The notes beneath the pieces were generated by a model. The model saw only the letters and a program-made list of their open reading frames with translations, made no database searches and had not been told where the DNA came from. The position numbers and the translations under genes were made by a program. Below, one piece after another: positions 36,193 to 48,590 of a stretch of 64,000 bases of DNA. This stretch comes from Mobula hypostoma (lineage: Eukaryota). Numbering within the stretch: the first letter of the stretch is position 1; each line of letters begins with the position of its first letter. Where the stretch lies: the NCBI RefSeq assembly GCF_963921235.1, contig NC_086097.1, positions 254,636,001 through 254,700,000 on the forward strand, given 5' to 3'.

Positions 36193-38403
36193 CACTTTAC
36201 ACTTATCTGGGCTGAACTCCACCTGCCACTTCTCAGCCCAGTTTTGCATCCTATCTATGTCCCACTGTAACCTCTGACAGCCCTCCACACTATCCACAAC
36301 ACCCCCAACCTTTGTGTCATCAGCAAATTTACTAACCCATCCCTCCACTTCCTCATCCAGGTCATTTATAAAAATCACAAAGAGTATGGGTCCCAGAACA
36401 GATCCCTGAGGCACACCACTGGTTACCGACCTCCATGCAGAATATGACCCATCTACAACCACTCTTTGCCTTCTGTGGGCAAGCCAGTTCTGGATCCACA
36501 AAGCAATGTCCCCTTGGATCCCATACCTCCTTACTTTCTCAATAAGCCTTGCATGGGGTACCTTATCAAATGCCTCGCTGAAATCCATATACACTACATC
36601 TACGGCTCTACCTTCATCAATGTGTTTAGTCACATCCTCAGAAAATTCAATTGGGCTCGTAAGGCATGACCTGCCCTTGACAAAGCCATGCTGACTTTTT
36701 CCTTATCATATTATGCCTCTCCAAATGTTCATAAATCCTGCCTCTCAGGATCTTCTCCATCATTTTACTAACCACTGAAGTTAGACTCACTGGCCTATAA
36801 TTTCTTGGGTTATCTTTACTCCCTTTCTTGAATAAAGGAACAACATCCGCAACCCCCCAATCCTCCAGAATCTCTCCTGTCCTTATTGATGGTGCAAAGA
36901 TCATTGCCAGAGGCTCAGCAATCTCCTCCCTTGCCTCCCACAGTATCCTGAGGTACATTCCGTCCGGTCCAGGTGACTTATCCAACTTGATGCTTTCCAA
37001 AAGCTCCAGGACGTCCTCTTTCTTAATATCTATATTCTAAAGCTTTTCAGTCCACTGCAAGTCATCCCTACAATCGCCAAGATCCTTTTCCGTAGTGAAT
37101 ACTGAAGCAAAGTATTCATTAAGTACCTCCACTATTTCCTCCGGTTCCATACACACTTTTCCACTGTCACACTTGATTGGTCCTATTCTCTCACATCTTA
37201 TCCTCTTGCTCTTCACATACTTGTAGAATGCCCTGGGGTTTTCCTTAATCCTGCTCGCCAAGGCCTTCTCATGACCCCTTCTGGCTCTCCTCATTTCCTT
37301 TTGAAGCTCCTTCCTGTTGGCCTTATAATCTTCTGGATCTCTGTCATTACCTAGTTTTTTGAACCTTTCGTAAGCTTTTCTTTTCTTCCTGACTAGATAT
37401 ACAACAACCTCTGGGTACCACGGATCTTGTATCCTACCATCCTTTCCCTGTCTCATTGGAACATATTTATGTAGAACTCTATGCAAATATCCCCTGAACA
37501 TTTGCCACATTTCTCTGGTGTGTTTCCCTGAAAACATGTTTCCAATTGATGCTTCCAAGTTCCTGCCTGATAGCCTCGTATTTCCCCTTACTCCAATTAA
37601 ACACTTTCCTAATTTGTCTGTTCCTATCGCTCTCCAATGCTATGGTAAAGGAGATAGAATTGTGATCACTATCTCCAAAATGCTCTCCCACTGAACTGAC
37701 ACCTGACCAGGTTCATTTCCCAATACCAGATCAAGTACAGCCTCTCCTCTTGTAGGCTTATCTACTTATTGTGTCAAGAAACCTTCCTGATCACACCTAA
37801 CAAACTCCACCCCACCTAAACCCCTTGCTCTAGGGAGATGCCAGTCGATATTTGGGAAATTAAAATCTCCCACCACAACAATCCTGTTATTATTACTCCT
37901 TTCCAGAATCTGTCTCCCTATCTGCTCCTCGATGTCCCTGTTAATATTGGGTGGTCTATAAAAAACACCCAGTAGATTTATTGACCCCTTCCTATTCCTA
38001 ACTTCCACCCACAGAGACTCCGTAGACAATCCCTCCATGACTTCCTCCTTTTCTATCTCTGATCAACAGTGTCATGCCCCCACCTCTTTTGCCTTCCTCC
38101 CTGTCCGCTCTGAAACATTTAAAACCCAGCACTTGAAGTAACCATTCCTGTCCCTGAGCCATCCAAGTCTCTGTAATATCCACAACGTCATAGCTCCAAG
38201 TACTGATCCACGCTCTAAGCTCATCCGCTTTGGTCGTGATACTCCTTGCATTAAAATAGACACATCTCAAACCATCGGACTGAGCGCGTCCCTTCTCTAT
38301 CATCTGCCTATCCTCCTTCTCATACTGTCTCCAAACTTTCTCTATTTGTGAGCCAACCTCCCTTTCCTCCATCACTTCGGTTCAGTTCCCACCCCCAGCA
38401 TTT

Positions 38404-39335
38404 CTAGTCTAAACTCTCCCCAATTGCCTTAGCAAACCTTCCCGCCAGGATATTGGTCCCCCTCAGATTCAAGTGCAACCTGTCCTTTTTCTGCAGGTCA
38501 CACCTGCCCCAGAAGAGGTCCCAATGATCCAGAATCTGAATCCCTGCCCCCTGCTCCAATCCCTCAGCCATGCATCTATCCTCCACCTCACTCTATTTCT
38601 ATACTCACTGTCGCGTGGCACAGGCAGTAATCCTGAGATTAATATCTTTGAGGTCCTGCTTCTCAACTTCTTTCCTAACTCCCTTTAGATCTCTTTTCAG
38701 GACCTCCTCCATTTTCCTACCGATGTCGTTGGTACCAATATGTACCACGACCTCTGGCTGTTCTCCTTCCCACTTCAAGATATCATGGATGCGATCAGAA
38801 ACATCCCGGACCCTGGCACCTGGGAGGCAAACTACCATCCGCGTTTCTTTCTTGATTCCACAGAATCGCCTGTCTGACCCCCTAACTATAGAGAGCCTAT
38901 TACTGCTGCCTTCTTCCTTGCCCTACCCTTCTGAGGCACAGGGCCAGACTCTGTGCCAGAGGCACAACCACTGTTGCTTTCCCCAGGTAGGCCGTCACCC
39001 CCAACAGTACTCAAACAGGAGTACTTATTATTAAGGGGGACAGCCACTGGGGTACTCTCTAGTACCTGCTTCTTGCCCTTCCCTCTCCTGACTGTTACCC
39101 ACCTCTCTGTCCTCTGGGTTCCCGGGATGACCACCTGCCTGTAATTCCTCTCCATCACCTCCTCACTCTCCCTGACCAGACGAAGGTCATCGAGCTGCAG
39201 CTCCAGTTCCCTAACATGGTCTCTGAGGAGCTGCAGCTCAACACACCTAACGCAGACATGGTCGTCCGGGAGGCTGGGAGTCTCTAGGACCTCCCACATC
39301 TGACACCGAGCACAGAAAACCGGCCTCACATACAT
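38404..39335 (-). pseudogene. CR1 ORF1 (Cys-rich zinc finger, coiled coil, SGNH-esterase-like), frameshifted
   Basis: CARCQMW...HVCVRC; LRDHVRELELQLDDL; CLPGARVRDV; VVHIGTND; ISGLLPVPR; D.LHLN.RG. Confidence 0.85.
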
Positions 39336-39559
39336 ACTCTGTCTGTATTTTAAACAGATAACCTACCTGGCCTCGACCCTTTATCGCCAAAGCCCCGTTG
39401 AGACAAAACCTTCCTATTCTGTCTCCCACTACTCCGTCGCCCGCTCCTCTGGCACCTGCTCTGTAATCTGTCTTCCTTTTAAACTCTTCCTGCTCTCCTC
39501 ACTGGCCGACCTCCACACACTTGCACAGTCGTGCCCCGTTCAAACTGCCGAAACACCAC

Positions 39560-40200
39560 AGAGATTCATTTTCTTACAGGTATTTACAGGAAAATTGTGA
39601 AATACGATCCAATTTATGCATATCTATTCCTGTACAAAGACCAACAAACAACTAATGTGCAAAGGAAGACAAATCGTACAAATAAACAATAAATAAAACT
39701 GAGAACATGAGTTGTAGAGTCCTTGAAGTTGAATCTGTAGATTGTGAACTATGTTCAGTGCTGAAGTGAGTGAAGTTATCTATAGCAGTTCAGGAGTCTA
39801 ATGGTTGAAGGGTAATAACTGTTCCTGAACCTGGTGATGTGGGGCCTAAGGCTCCTGTACCTCCTACACAATTTTAGTAGCAAGAAGAAATCATGGCCTG
39901 GAAGGTGGACGGACGATGGATTTTTTTCCTTTTTTGTATTTGCACAGTCGGTTGTCTTCTGCAGACTGGTTGTCCACCCTGTTGTTCTATTACGGTTATT
40001 GGATTTATTGAGTATGCCTGCAAGAAAGTGAATCTCGGGGTCATATAAAGAGACATCCCTGATAACATATGATACGTTTACTTTGAACTTTGTACTTTAC
40101 TTCTTTGTTGTGAGAGCCCCCTATGTAAGTGTGCTCCATGGTGACAGAGGGTAGCGTCCACCATTTTCTGTAGACTTTTCCACTTCTGGACATTGGGTTT
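39560..40200. mobile_element. Short Rex1-like 3' fragments in both orientations
   Basis: gttcctgaacctggtg..ggctcctgtacct (reverse of RYRSL..SPGSGT) and actttgaactttg-type tails. Confidence 0.5.
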
Positions 40201-41247
40201 TCCGGGCCCGCAGTGATGCAGCGACGTTTGGTTCTGCAACAGCAGCATGTGTGATGACCTACCTCTCTGGGATGCTACCCTGTCACTGAGAGAGTCTTGG
40301 GTATTGTTCAGTTTGATACAAGTGCATTCTTCCTGGCCGTGTGCCTGAGTGCTGATGCTAGCGGCTGTACACCGCCTCGTTGCTCCATAATGTAGGAATT
40401 GCTGATTTGCATAAGAAAATAAGGCCCGTGTCATGCTGCCGTCTGACCATCTGGGGGAGGGGGTGAGAGTCCTCCAGGCTCTGACATTCCTCCCCCCCTA
40501 ATAATTGATCATTTTCACCGACATTTTGTTTTAGTTATCAACAAGTCTGTGCCTTGTTTTGTTTGTCTATTAAAGTTCCCTCTGTTTTGTTGGTCTTTAC
40601 TCGGTCTTGGGTTTACCTACCCTCTGCACTTGGGTTCACCTGATCTAAGTATGTTCTGGAAGTCCGCTGGTTAAAGATACGGAACTTCACCATAACATCC
40701 GTGGGTCAAAGCCAGCCAGGCACTTATTCCAGTTACAGCCGCTGCTTTGAGTCAGAGGTGAGCCAATGACCAGTAACCTAAGGATAGCTACATTTCCCCT
40801 ACAGTCCTTTGCTCAAGCAGCTGAACTACAGAAAGAAAGCTGGCAGCAAACTTCACAACTTTGACCCTTGCTGGTAGTGTTTATGGAGACCAGTTACCGC
40901 AGTTGGCCTAACCACAAACGAGAGAAAATCTGCCGGGGCTGCAAATCCGAGCAACACCCATCTATGAATGCTGCCTGGCCTGCTGAGTTCCTCCAGCATT
41001 TTGTGTGTGTTACAGCTGTCTGTCTACCTCCTGTCACTTGCAGCGACCCACTCCTTTAAACAGTGTGGGCCAGCGGCGGAATGGATAATGCGTCTGATTA
41101 GGGATTGCAAGATTATAGATTTGACTTTCTTTGTTCTGTTGCTAGCTGCCAGCTGCCTTCTGCCACCCGACAACCTAACAGAATGCAGCATATCGGGCAA
41201 CAGACCCTGCGGATGGCGCTACATGTCTATGAAATAAAAAGGAACAC

Positions 41248-41320
41248 TGGAGAATGCGGGCATCGATCCCGCTACCTCTCGCATGCTAAGCGAGCGCTCT
41301 ACCATTTGAGCTAATTCCCC
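41248..41320 (-). tRNA. tRNA-Ala-AGC: tRNA-Ala, anticodon AGC
   Basis: GGGGAATTAGCTCAAATGGTAGAGCGCTCGCTTAGCATGCGAGAGGTAGCGGGATCGATGCCCGCATTCTCCA; 73 nt, G3:U70 pair, T5 terminator 7 nt downstream (41236-41240). Confidence 0.97.
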
Positions 41321-41509
41321 GACGAAATGCCGTTTCGTTATTTCTTCGCACTGCGTCACACGCACCAAAGCGTGGCTCAATTCCCTCAGCACAGAAGTAG
41401 GTACCAGTGAGCCGGTGCTCTCTCCCTCAGGTTATTGCCGTGGATTTGCTGGCGCTCCCGGCTGCTGCAGATTAATAACTACTGAACCCAGAGTTCCTTT
41501 TGCAGGCTG

Positions 41510-43140
41510 CCCACTCAGACATGAAGAAACTTCACTATCTCTTTTGTGGGATTTTAACCAGGCCAGCTTGAAACAGGCATTAAATAATTACTTTACTTTA
41601 TTGTCGCCAAAACAATTGATACTAGAACGTACAATCATCACAGCGATATTTGATTCTGCGCTTCCCGCTCCCTGGATTACAAATCGATAGTAAATATTAA
41701 AAATTTAAATTATAAATCATAAATAGAAAATGGAAAGTAAGGTAGTGCAAAAAAAAAACCGAGAGGCAGGTCCGGATATTTGGAGGGTACGGCCCAGATC
41801 CGGGTCAGGATCCGTTCAGCAATCTTATCACAGTTGGAAAGAAGCTGTTCCCAAATCTGGCCGTACGAGTCTTCAAGCTCCTGAACCTTCTCCCGGAGGA
41901 AACAGGGATGAAAAGTGTGTTGGCTGGGTGTGTTGGGTACCATCAACAAATGACTTGCAGTAATAGAGGAGCCAACAGACTGGGCCACTGATACACCGCT
42001 GTCAAGAGTGTTTACCATGCAGTTCCACGCCCACACTTTGGAAAGTCTGATCACCTGGCTGTACTTCTATTCCCCATGTACAGGCAGAGGCTGAAGACTG
42101 CAGCAGGAGTAGTGAGGACCAGCAAATGGACAAGGGAAGCACAGGAGCGCTCACATGCCTGCTTTGAATCGGTGGACTGGACTGTATTCAGGGATTCATC
42201 TTCGAACCTGGATGCGGATGTTGCAGTTGTTACCGACATCATTAAAATCTGTGTGGATGAGTGTGTGCCTACAAAGACTTACTGTACATTCCCAAACCAA
42301 AAGCCGTGGATGAATTAGGAGGTGCGTCGTCTGTTGAGGGCTAAATCTGTGGCATTTAAATCTGGTGACTTGTGGAGAGCTATTTCAAGAATGAAGAAGC
42401 AATTCACTCCGAGCGAGATTGGAGGCGACATCGGACGCGTGTGAACTCTGGCAGGGTTTGCAGGACTCTACTTCCTACAAAGTGAAACCCAGTAGCATGA
42501 ATGGAGCGCTGCTTCACTACCAGATGAACTCAACGCCTTTAATGCTCGCTTTGAAAGGGAGAATATGACATCAGCTGTGAAGATCCCTGCTTCACCTGAT
42601 GACCCTGTGATCTCTGTCTCTGGCTCTCTTTCAGGAGGGCGAACCCTCGCAGGGCCGCAGGCCCCGATGGGGTACCTGGTAAGGCTCTGAAAACTTCCGC
42701 CAACCAGCTAGCGGGAGTATTCGAGGACATTTTCAACCTCTCGCTACCACGGTCGGAAGTTCCCATCTGCTTCAAAAAGGCAACAATTATACCAGTGCCT
42801 AAGAAGAATAATGTGAGCTGCCTTAATGACTATCGCCCGGTAGCACTCACATCTACAGTGATGAAATGCTTTGAGAGGTTGGTTATGACTAGACTGAACT
42901 CCTACCTGGACACATTGCAATTTGCCTATCACCAGAATAGGTCAATGGCAGATGCAATCTCAATGGCTCTTCACACGGCTTTAGACCAGCTCAGCGTTTA
43001 ACACCATCATTCCCTCGGTTCTCATCGATAAGCTGCAGAACCTGGGGTCTCTGTACCTGCCTCTGCAATTGGATCCTCGACTTCCTAACCGAAAAACCAC
43101 AATCAGTGCGGATTGGTAATGGTATCTCCTCCTCGCTGTT
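41510..43140 (+). mobile_element. Decayed Rex1-like LINE (endonuclease to RT) with nested insertion at 41589-41938
   Basis: [59 protein letters not shown]. Confidence 0.85.
41589..41938 (-). mobile_element. Rex1-like 3' fragment with AATAAAGTAAAGTAA tail
   Basis: Interrupts the host at aataatta|ccatc; minus strand gives PSQHTF...F...RLVRPDLGTASF-like C-terminus. Confidence 0.65.
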
Positions 43141-43239
43141 GGAAGTCCAGTGTCCAATTGCAGAGGGAGGTGTTGAGACCCAGCGAGGATAATTTCCCCC
43201 ACCAGTTTCTGGGGTATGATCGTGTTAAACGCCGAACTG

Positions 43240-44610
43240 AAACAGTCTGTTTATAAATAGTTAAATTAAACATGGCGCATAAACAGAAATAATACAAAAA
43301 AGTGAGGTAGTGTCCGTGGGTTCAATGTCCATTTAGGAATCAGATGCAGAGGGGAAGAAGCTGTTCCTAAATCGCTGAGTGTGTGCCTTCAGGCTTCCGA
43401 ACCCAGTCCTTGGTGGTAACAATGAGAAGAGTACGTGTCCTGGGTGACGGAGGTCCTTTCTCAGGCTCCGCTCCTCGAAGATGTCCTGGATACTAAGGAG
43501 CCCAGAACACACGATGGAGCCGACTAATTTTACAACTTTCTGTAGCTTCTTTCGATCCTGTGCAGTAGCTCCCCCCCCCCCATACAAGACAGTGGTGCAG
43601 CCTGTCAAAATGCATGTTTTATCACGATATCAGATAACATACAGCACAAATACAATAATACTGTGATATAGCCCCTGCACGAGAGTGGCAGGAACCTCGG
43701 CTCAGGCTTCGTTGTGTTTTAAGCTGCTCTTGATGACAAGGAGGATGTTCAGTGTTTTCGGATAGTGATGTAGGGGGGGATAGAGGTAATATGTGGGTTG
43801 AGGGACAGGTATGTGGAGGAGTTAATGTCTGGCCTCCGCTCCGCGATCCACGCTCGAAGGGCGACGAGGGGATCCGTGGCTGTCCCGGGGTCAGATGTCT
43901 GTGCGGGCAGAAAGCACGAGAAGGTACCAGGGCTGGTCAGTCAGAAGCAAGAGAACATCAGAGGGCCTGTCCTGGGACATGTCTCCTAAAACTGTGACAA
44001 ACTTCTGTAGATGTGCAGTGGAACGTATCACGGCTTGGTATGGATATACTAGTACCCTTGAACAGAAAATCTATCAAAAAGTCGCGAACACAGTCCAGTC
44101 CATCCCGGTTAAAGGCCACCCCACCATTGAGCACACCTACACGAAGCGTAGTCGCAGGAAAGCAGCAGCCATCAGCAGGGAGCCACACCACCAGCGTTAT
44201 GCTCTCTTCCCGCTGCTGCCATCAGGAAGAAGGTACAGGAATCTCGGGACTCTCGCCACCAGGTTCAGGAACAGCTATTAACCCTCAACCACCCGGCTCT
44301 AGAACCCGTGGGGATAACTTCACTTCTCCCATCACTGAACTGTTCTCACAACCTATGGACTCGCTTTCAAGGTCTCGTCATCTAATGTTCTCAATATTTA
44401 TTGCTTATTTATTATTAATAATTCTTATTTTGTATTTGCATAGTTTGTTGTCATTTCCACACCGGTTGAACGCCCAGTTGGCGCGATCTTTCAATAATTC
44501 TGTATGGTTATTATTATATCCTGGAATTATTGAGTATGCCCGCAAGAAAAGGAATGAAAGGGTTGTATATGATGACATATATTTACTTCGATAATAAATT
44601 TACTTTGAAC
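43240..44610. mobile_element. Rex1-like 3' fragments (43240-43610 minus; 43970-44610 plus)
   Basis: HPGHVLFSLLP...RFRNSFFP and ALFPLLPSGRRYRNL...RFRNSY. Confidence 0.7.
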
Positions 44611-44887
44611 TTTTCGCTTTGTTTTGTTCAGAGCCCTGTGTTGTTCTGCCGGCCATGCTCTGTTGGCGCCGGAATGTGTGGCGACACTTGCGGGCTGACC
44701 CGAGCACATCCCGAGGGTTGCTGGCTGTTTACACATTGACGCTGTTCACGGTATGTTTCGATGTACAGTACATGTGATAAATAAATCTGAATCAGAAAGT
44801 GAGAAGATTTAGTCTCCTTCCTCCTTCCCGCACAACAACAGACCCAATTGTATGACACACGGATGGCCCTGGATGCAAAAGAGCACA

Positions 44888-44960
44888 TGGAGAATGCGGG
44901 CATCGATCCCGCTACCTCTCGCATGCTAAGCGAGCGCTCTACCATCTGAGCTAATTCCCC
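44888..44960 (-). tRNA. tRNA-Ala-AGC: tRNA-Ala, anticodon AGC (isodecoder, one D-loop difference)
   Basis: Identical to 41248-41320 except CTCAGATGG vs CTCAAATGG; T4 run 7 nt downstream (44877-44880). Confidence 0.97.
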
Positions 44961-45132
44961 CACATGAATGTGTTCTTGGCACAACCGGCAGTGTATGCCT
45001 GCCAACAATGTTTCAATAGCCTGAGTAGGAGCAGCAAATAGAAATTCTCACCCATCACCTCTTGCTGCCCAAATTCTGGCGCTCCCTGCTAGTGTCATTA
45101 TGCCACTGAGGAAACTAGAATTCCTTCTACAG

Positions 45133-45896
45133 ACACAAAATAATCTGCAGATGCTGGGGTCAAAGCAACACTCACAACACACTGGAGGAACTCAGCAGGT
45201 CGGGCAGCAGCCTTGGAAACGATCAGTCACGTTTCGTGCCGGAACCCTTCGTCAGGACTGTAGGGGGAAGGGGCAGAGGCCCTATAAAGAAGGTGAGGGG
45301 AGGGTGGGAAGGAGAAGGCTGGTGGGTTCCAGGTGAAAAACCAGTAAGGGGAAAGATAAAGGGGTGGGGGAGGGGAAGCAGGGAGTGATAGGCAGGAAAG
45401 GTGAAGAAAGAATAGGGGAAAACACAACGGGTACACAATTCCGATATGAGGCTAAACTCAGGTTGGAGGAGCAACACCTTATATACCGTCTAGGTAGTCT
45501 CCAGCCCCTTGGTATGAACATAGAATTCTCCAACTTCCGGTAATTCCCTCCCCCTCCCTTCCCCTATCCCTATGTCACTCGGCTCCCTCCCCCAGCTGCC
45601 TATCTCCTCCCTCATGGTCCCGCCTCCTTCTACTACCCATTTGTTTTCCCCTATTCCTCCTTCACCTTTCCAGCCTATCACTCCCTGCTTCCCCTCCCCC
45701 ACCCCTTTATCTTTCCCCTTACTGGTTTTTCTCCTGGAACCTACCAGCCTTCTCCTTCCCACCCTCCCCCCACCTTCTTTATAGGGCCTCTGCCCCTTCC
45801 CCCTACAGTCCTGACGAAGGGTTCCGGCCCGAAACGTCGACCGATCTTTTCCACTGATGCTGCCCACCTGCTGAGTTCCTCCAGCTTGTTGTGAGT
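45133..45896. mobile_element. Inverted two-armed PLE insertion with 13-bp TSD
   Basis: Left arm (minus) ~45133-45432 mirrors right arm ~45640-45896; EAKLRLEEQHLIYRLGSLQPLGMNIEFS at 45448-45531; TSD attccttctacag (45120-45132) / attccttctgcag (45897-45909). Confidence 0.85.
45808..45841 (+). ncRNA. Minimal hammerhead ribozyme motif (PLE-associated)
   Basis: GUC-CUGACGA-A-GGGU(UCCG)GCCC-GAAA-CG-UC-GAC; the loop differs from other copies but stem and core are kept. Confidence 0.7.
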
Positions 45897-45989
45897 ATTC
45901 CTTCTGCAGGTTGTCTATTCAGACACAAGGAAAGTTACCCAATGCCTTTGTGGACACCATAATGAATCCACTTGCTATTAATGCAAGAT

Positions 45990-46990
45990 TTCTTGGATTT
46001 TCTGAAAAGCTTTGAAAATGCGCCACACATGAATTTGCTTAACCAGCTATGAGCCTGTGGTATTACCAGAAATACCCTAGCATGGGTAAAGCAGTGGCTG
46101 ACTGGCAAAGTGGAAATAAAAGGAGTCTTTTTTACTTGGCTGCTGGTGACCAATGGTATTCCACAGGGGTCTGTGTTGGGACCAATGCTTTTTATGTTCT
46201 ATGTCAATGATTTGGATGATGGAATTGATGGCTTTGTTGCAAAGTTTGCAGATGATATGAAGATTAGTTTTGAGGAAGGACAGATTAGGAGAATGGGCAA
46301 AGAAATGGTAGATAGAATTTGGTGCCTGGAAATGTACCATCATGCACTTTGGTAGAAGAAATGAAAGGATGACTATTTTCTAAATGAAGAGCAAATACAA
46401 AAAAAAAATTAGGGGTATTTGGAATTTGGAGTGCTTATGCAGGATTCCCTAAAGGTTAATTTGCAGGTTGAGGAAGGCAAATGCGATGTTGGCATTCATT
46501 TCAGAAGACTAGAATATAAAAGCAGGGATGTAATGTTGAGACATTATAAAGTGCTGGTGAGGCCTCACTTGGAGTATTGTGAGCCATTTTGGCCCCCTTA
46601 TCTTAGAAAGGATGTACTGAAACTGGAGAGGGTTTAAAGGAGGTTCACGAAAATAATTCCAGCTTTCAATGGCTTGTCATTTGAAGGGTATTTGATGGCT
46701 CTGGGCCTGTATTCAGAAGAATGAGGGGTGACCTATGAAATGGTGAAAGGCCTTGATGGAGTGGATGTGGAGAGGATGGGAGTTTCTTTAACCAGAGAAT
46801 AGTGAATCTGTGCAATTCTTAGCCACAGGCAGCCATGGGGGCCAAGTCTTTATGTATATTTAAGACAGAGATTGATAGATTCTTGATTGGTCAGAGCAGG
46901 AAAGGATATGGGGTGAAGGCAAGAGATGCAATGGCAGAGCAAACTCAATGGGCTAAATGGCTAAATTCTACTCCTATATCGCATGGTCTT
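45990..46990 (+). mobile_element. Old decayed CR1 3' fragment
   Basis: GIPQGSVLGP, FADDMK, RPHLEYC. Confidence 0.8.
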
Positions 46991-48109
46991 AAGATTCCTA
47001 TATACTCTTTTCTTGGAGACCAGTCGAAGCTGAGGCAAGTCAAAATCAAAGTAAATTTATTGTCAAAATACATATCTATTACCATATACCATATTGAGGT
47101 TCATTTTCTTGCAGGCATTTACAGAAAAATAAACCAAACTTAATGAAGTTTGAAACATTGTTGAGGTCCTCACTTTAAACCTTGTATTTTGTTGCTTTTT
47201 CTTTCCATTTTGTTTAATATTTCCTCTGCCATTCAAGTCAGTGGTGTTTGGTTTCAGATGAAGAAAAGACCAAAGATGCTGGAACCTGGGGCTGGAGGAA
47301 CTTGGGGCATCAAGCAGGATCGGGGTTGGGGTGGGAGGGGGAGAGAATTGTTGATGAATGTGGTGGAGACCCCACATCAGGACAGAGTTTGCTTTGAGCC
47401 TAATGTTTTCAAGCACACAGACACTGCATTATCTATATTAACCCATTCAAGTTTTCTCAGCCATTTAAGCAATGAAACGATTGCTCAAAAGCCCATGTCA
47501 TCTGCTCACACTGGCCTTGTTATTGGACACTTGACCACATGCTGTCTGGGTGGTGGAGTGGAGATATGTCTCTACCAAATGAGGTGCAAGGGACTTCTGC
47601 TCTCCGCTAGCCAGCAGGTCACACTTAGACAAGGTGTAGTGTCTGATTCCCTCCGATCAGGGTCGTATGAAGCCACAGGAACAGCTGGAACCTGATGATT
47701 CATGGAATCTGATGATCTCACTAGTCCTGGTTATGCAGCCACTGCTGCTAGGCAATCTCTGAAGAGTATTGATTAAGGTTGGGGGTCACCCATCTTGTAA
47801 AGTCACTCCCCAAAAGAAGACAATGGCAAACCAGTTCAGAAAAAAAAAAATTGCCAAGAGCAATTATGGTCAAAGACATGCCATGATCATCCATGTCCTA
47901 CAACACAACACACAATGATGAAAATGAGGAGCCAGGAGATCCCGGAATCTGATCCTATGTTGCCTCTCAGAGCCTTATTGAAACTACAATGGCCCATGGA
48001 CGTTAGAGGGCTCTCTGTACATCAAAGCTGTAATTTAACCCATAGACCATAAGACACTGAAGCAGAATTGGGTGACTTGGCCCATTAATTCTGCTCCACC
48101 AATTCATCA

Positions 48110-48590
48110 TGATTTCTCCTGGGAGTCAACATCATACACAACTTCCCATATGGTCCCAGACCACATCTTATACTGTCAGACAAACTCAGCAATGCCTCTA
48201 CTTTCTGAGGAGGGTGAAGGGAGTTGGACTATACACATCTGTGCTCACATTATTCTACAGAGCTCTCACAAGCTACATCACTGCAATGTCTGGGAGCTGC
48301 ACTGAGGCAGACAGGAAGACTCTACAACAGGTGATCAAAACTGCCCAATGCATTACTGGCACCGGCCTACCACCATCAAGGACATGTGTACCAAAAGGTG
48401 CCAGAAAAGAGTGAGTAACATCATGAAAGATCCCAGCCATTCTCCTCATGGACTGTTCGTCCCACTCCTATCTCGGAGGAGTGTAGGTAGCACCCACACC
48501 AGAACCACCAGACTCAAAACGAGTTCCTTTCCCTAAGCAGCAAGGCTGATCAACACCCCCATCCACTAACTCCGCCAGTACTTTATTATT
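48110..48590 (+). mobile_element. Rex1-like 3' fragment
   Basis: LYFLRR, FYRA, DPSHSPHGLFVPL.S.R...RLKTSSFP. Confidence 0.7.

Larger units (their letters stand above)
35197..39555 (-). mobile_element. Near full-length decayed CR1 LINE
   Basis: (ATAGAAC)n tail at ~35197-35215; RT, endonuclease and ORF1 in order; interrupted by a PLE at 35987-36192. Confidence 0.92.

Noticed and set aside
40430..40640. Polypurine tract followed by TGTCA on the minus strand (LTR junction-like)
   Set aside because: No adjacent integrase, paired LTR or TSD is recognisable.
41248..41320. tRNA-derived SINE heads rather than tRNA genes
   Set aside because: Complete 73-nt cloverleaf followed by an oligo-T run, with no SINE body.
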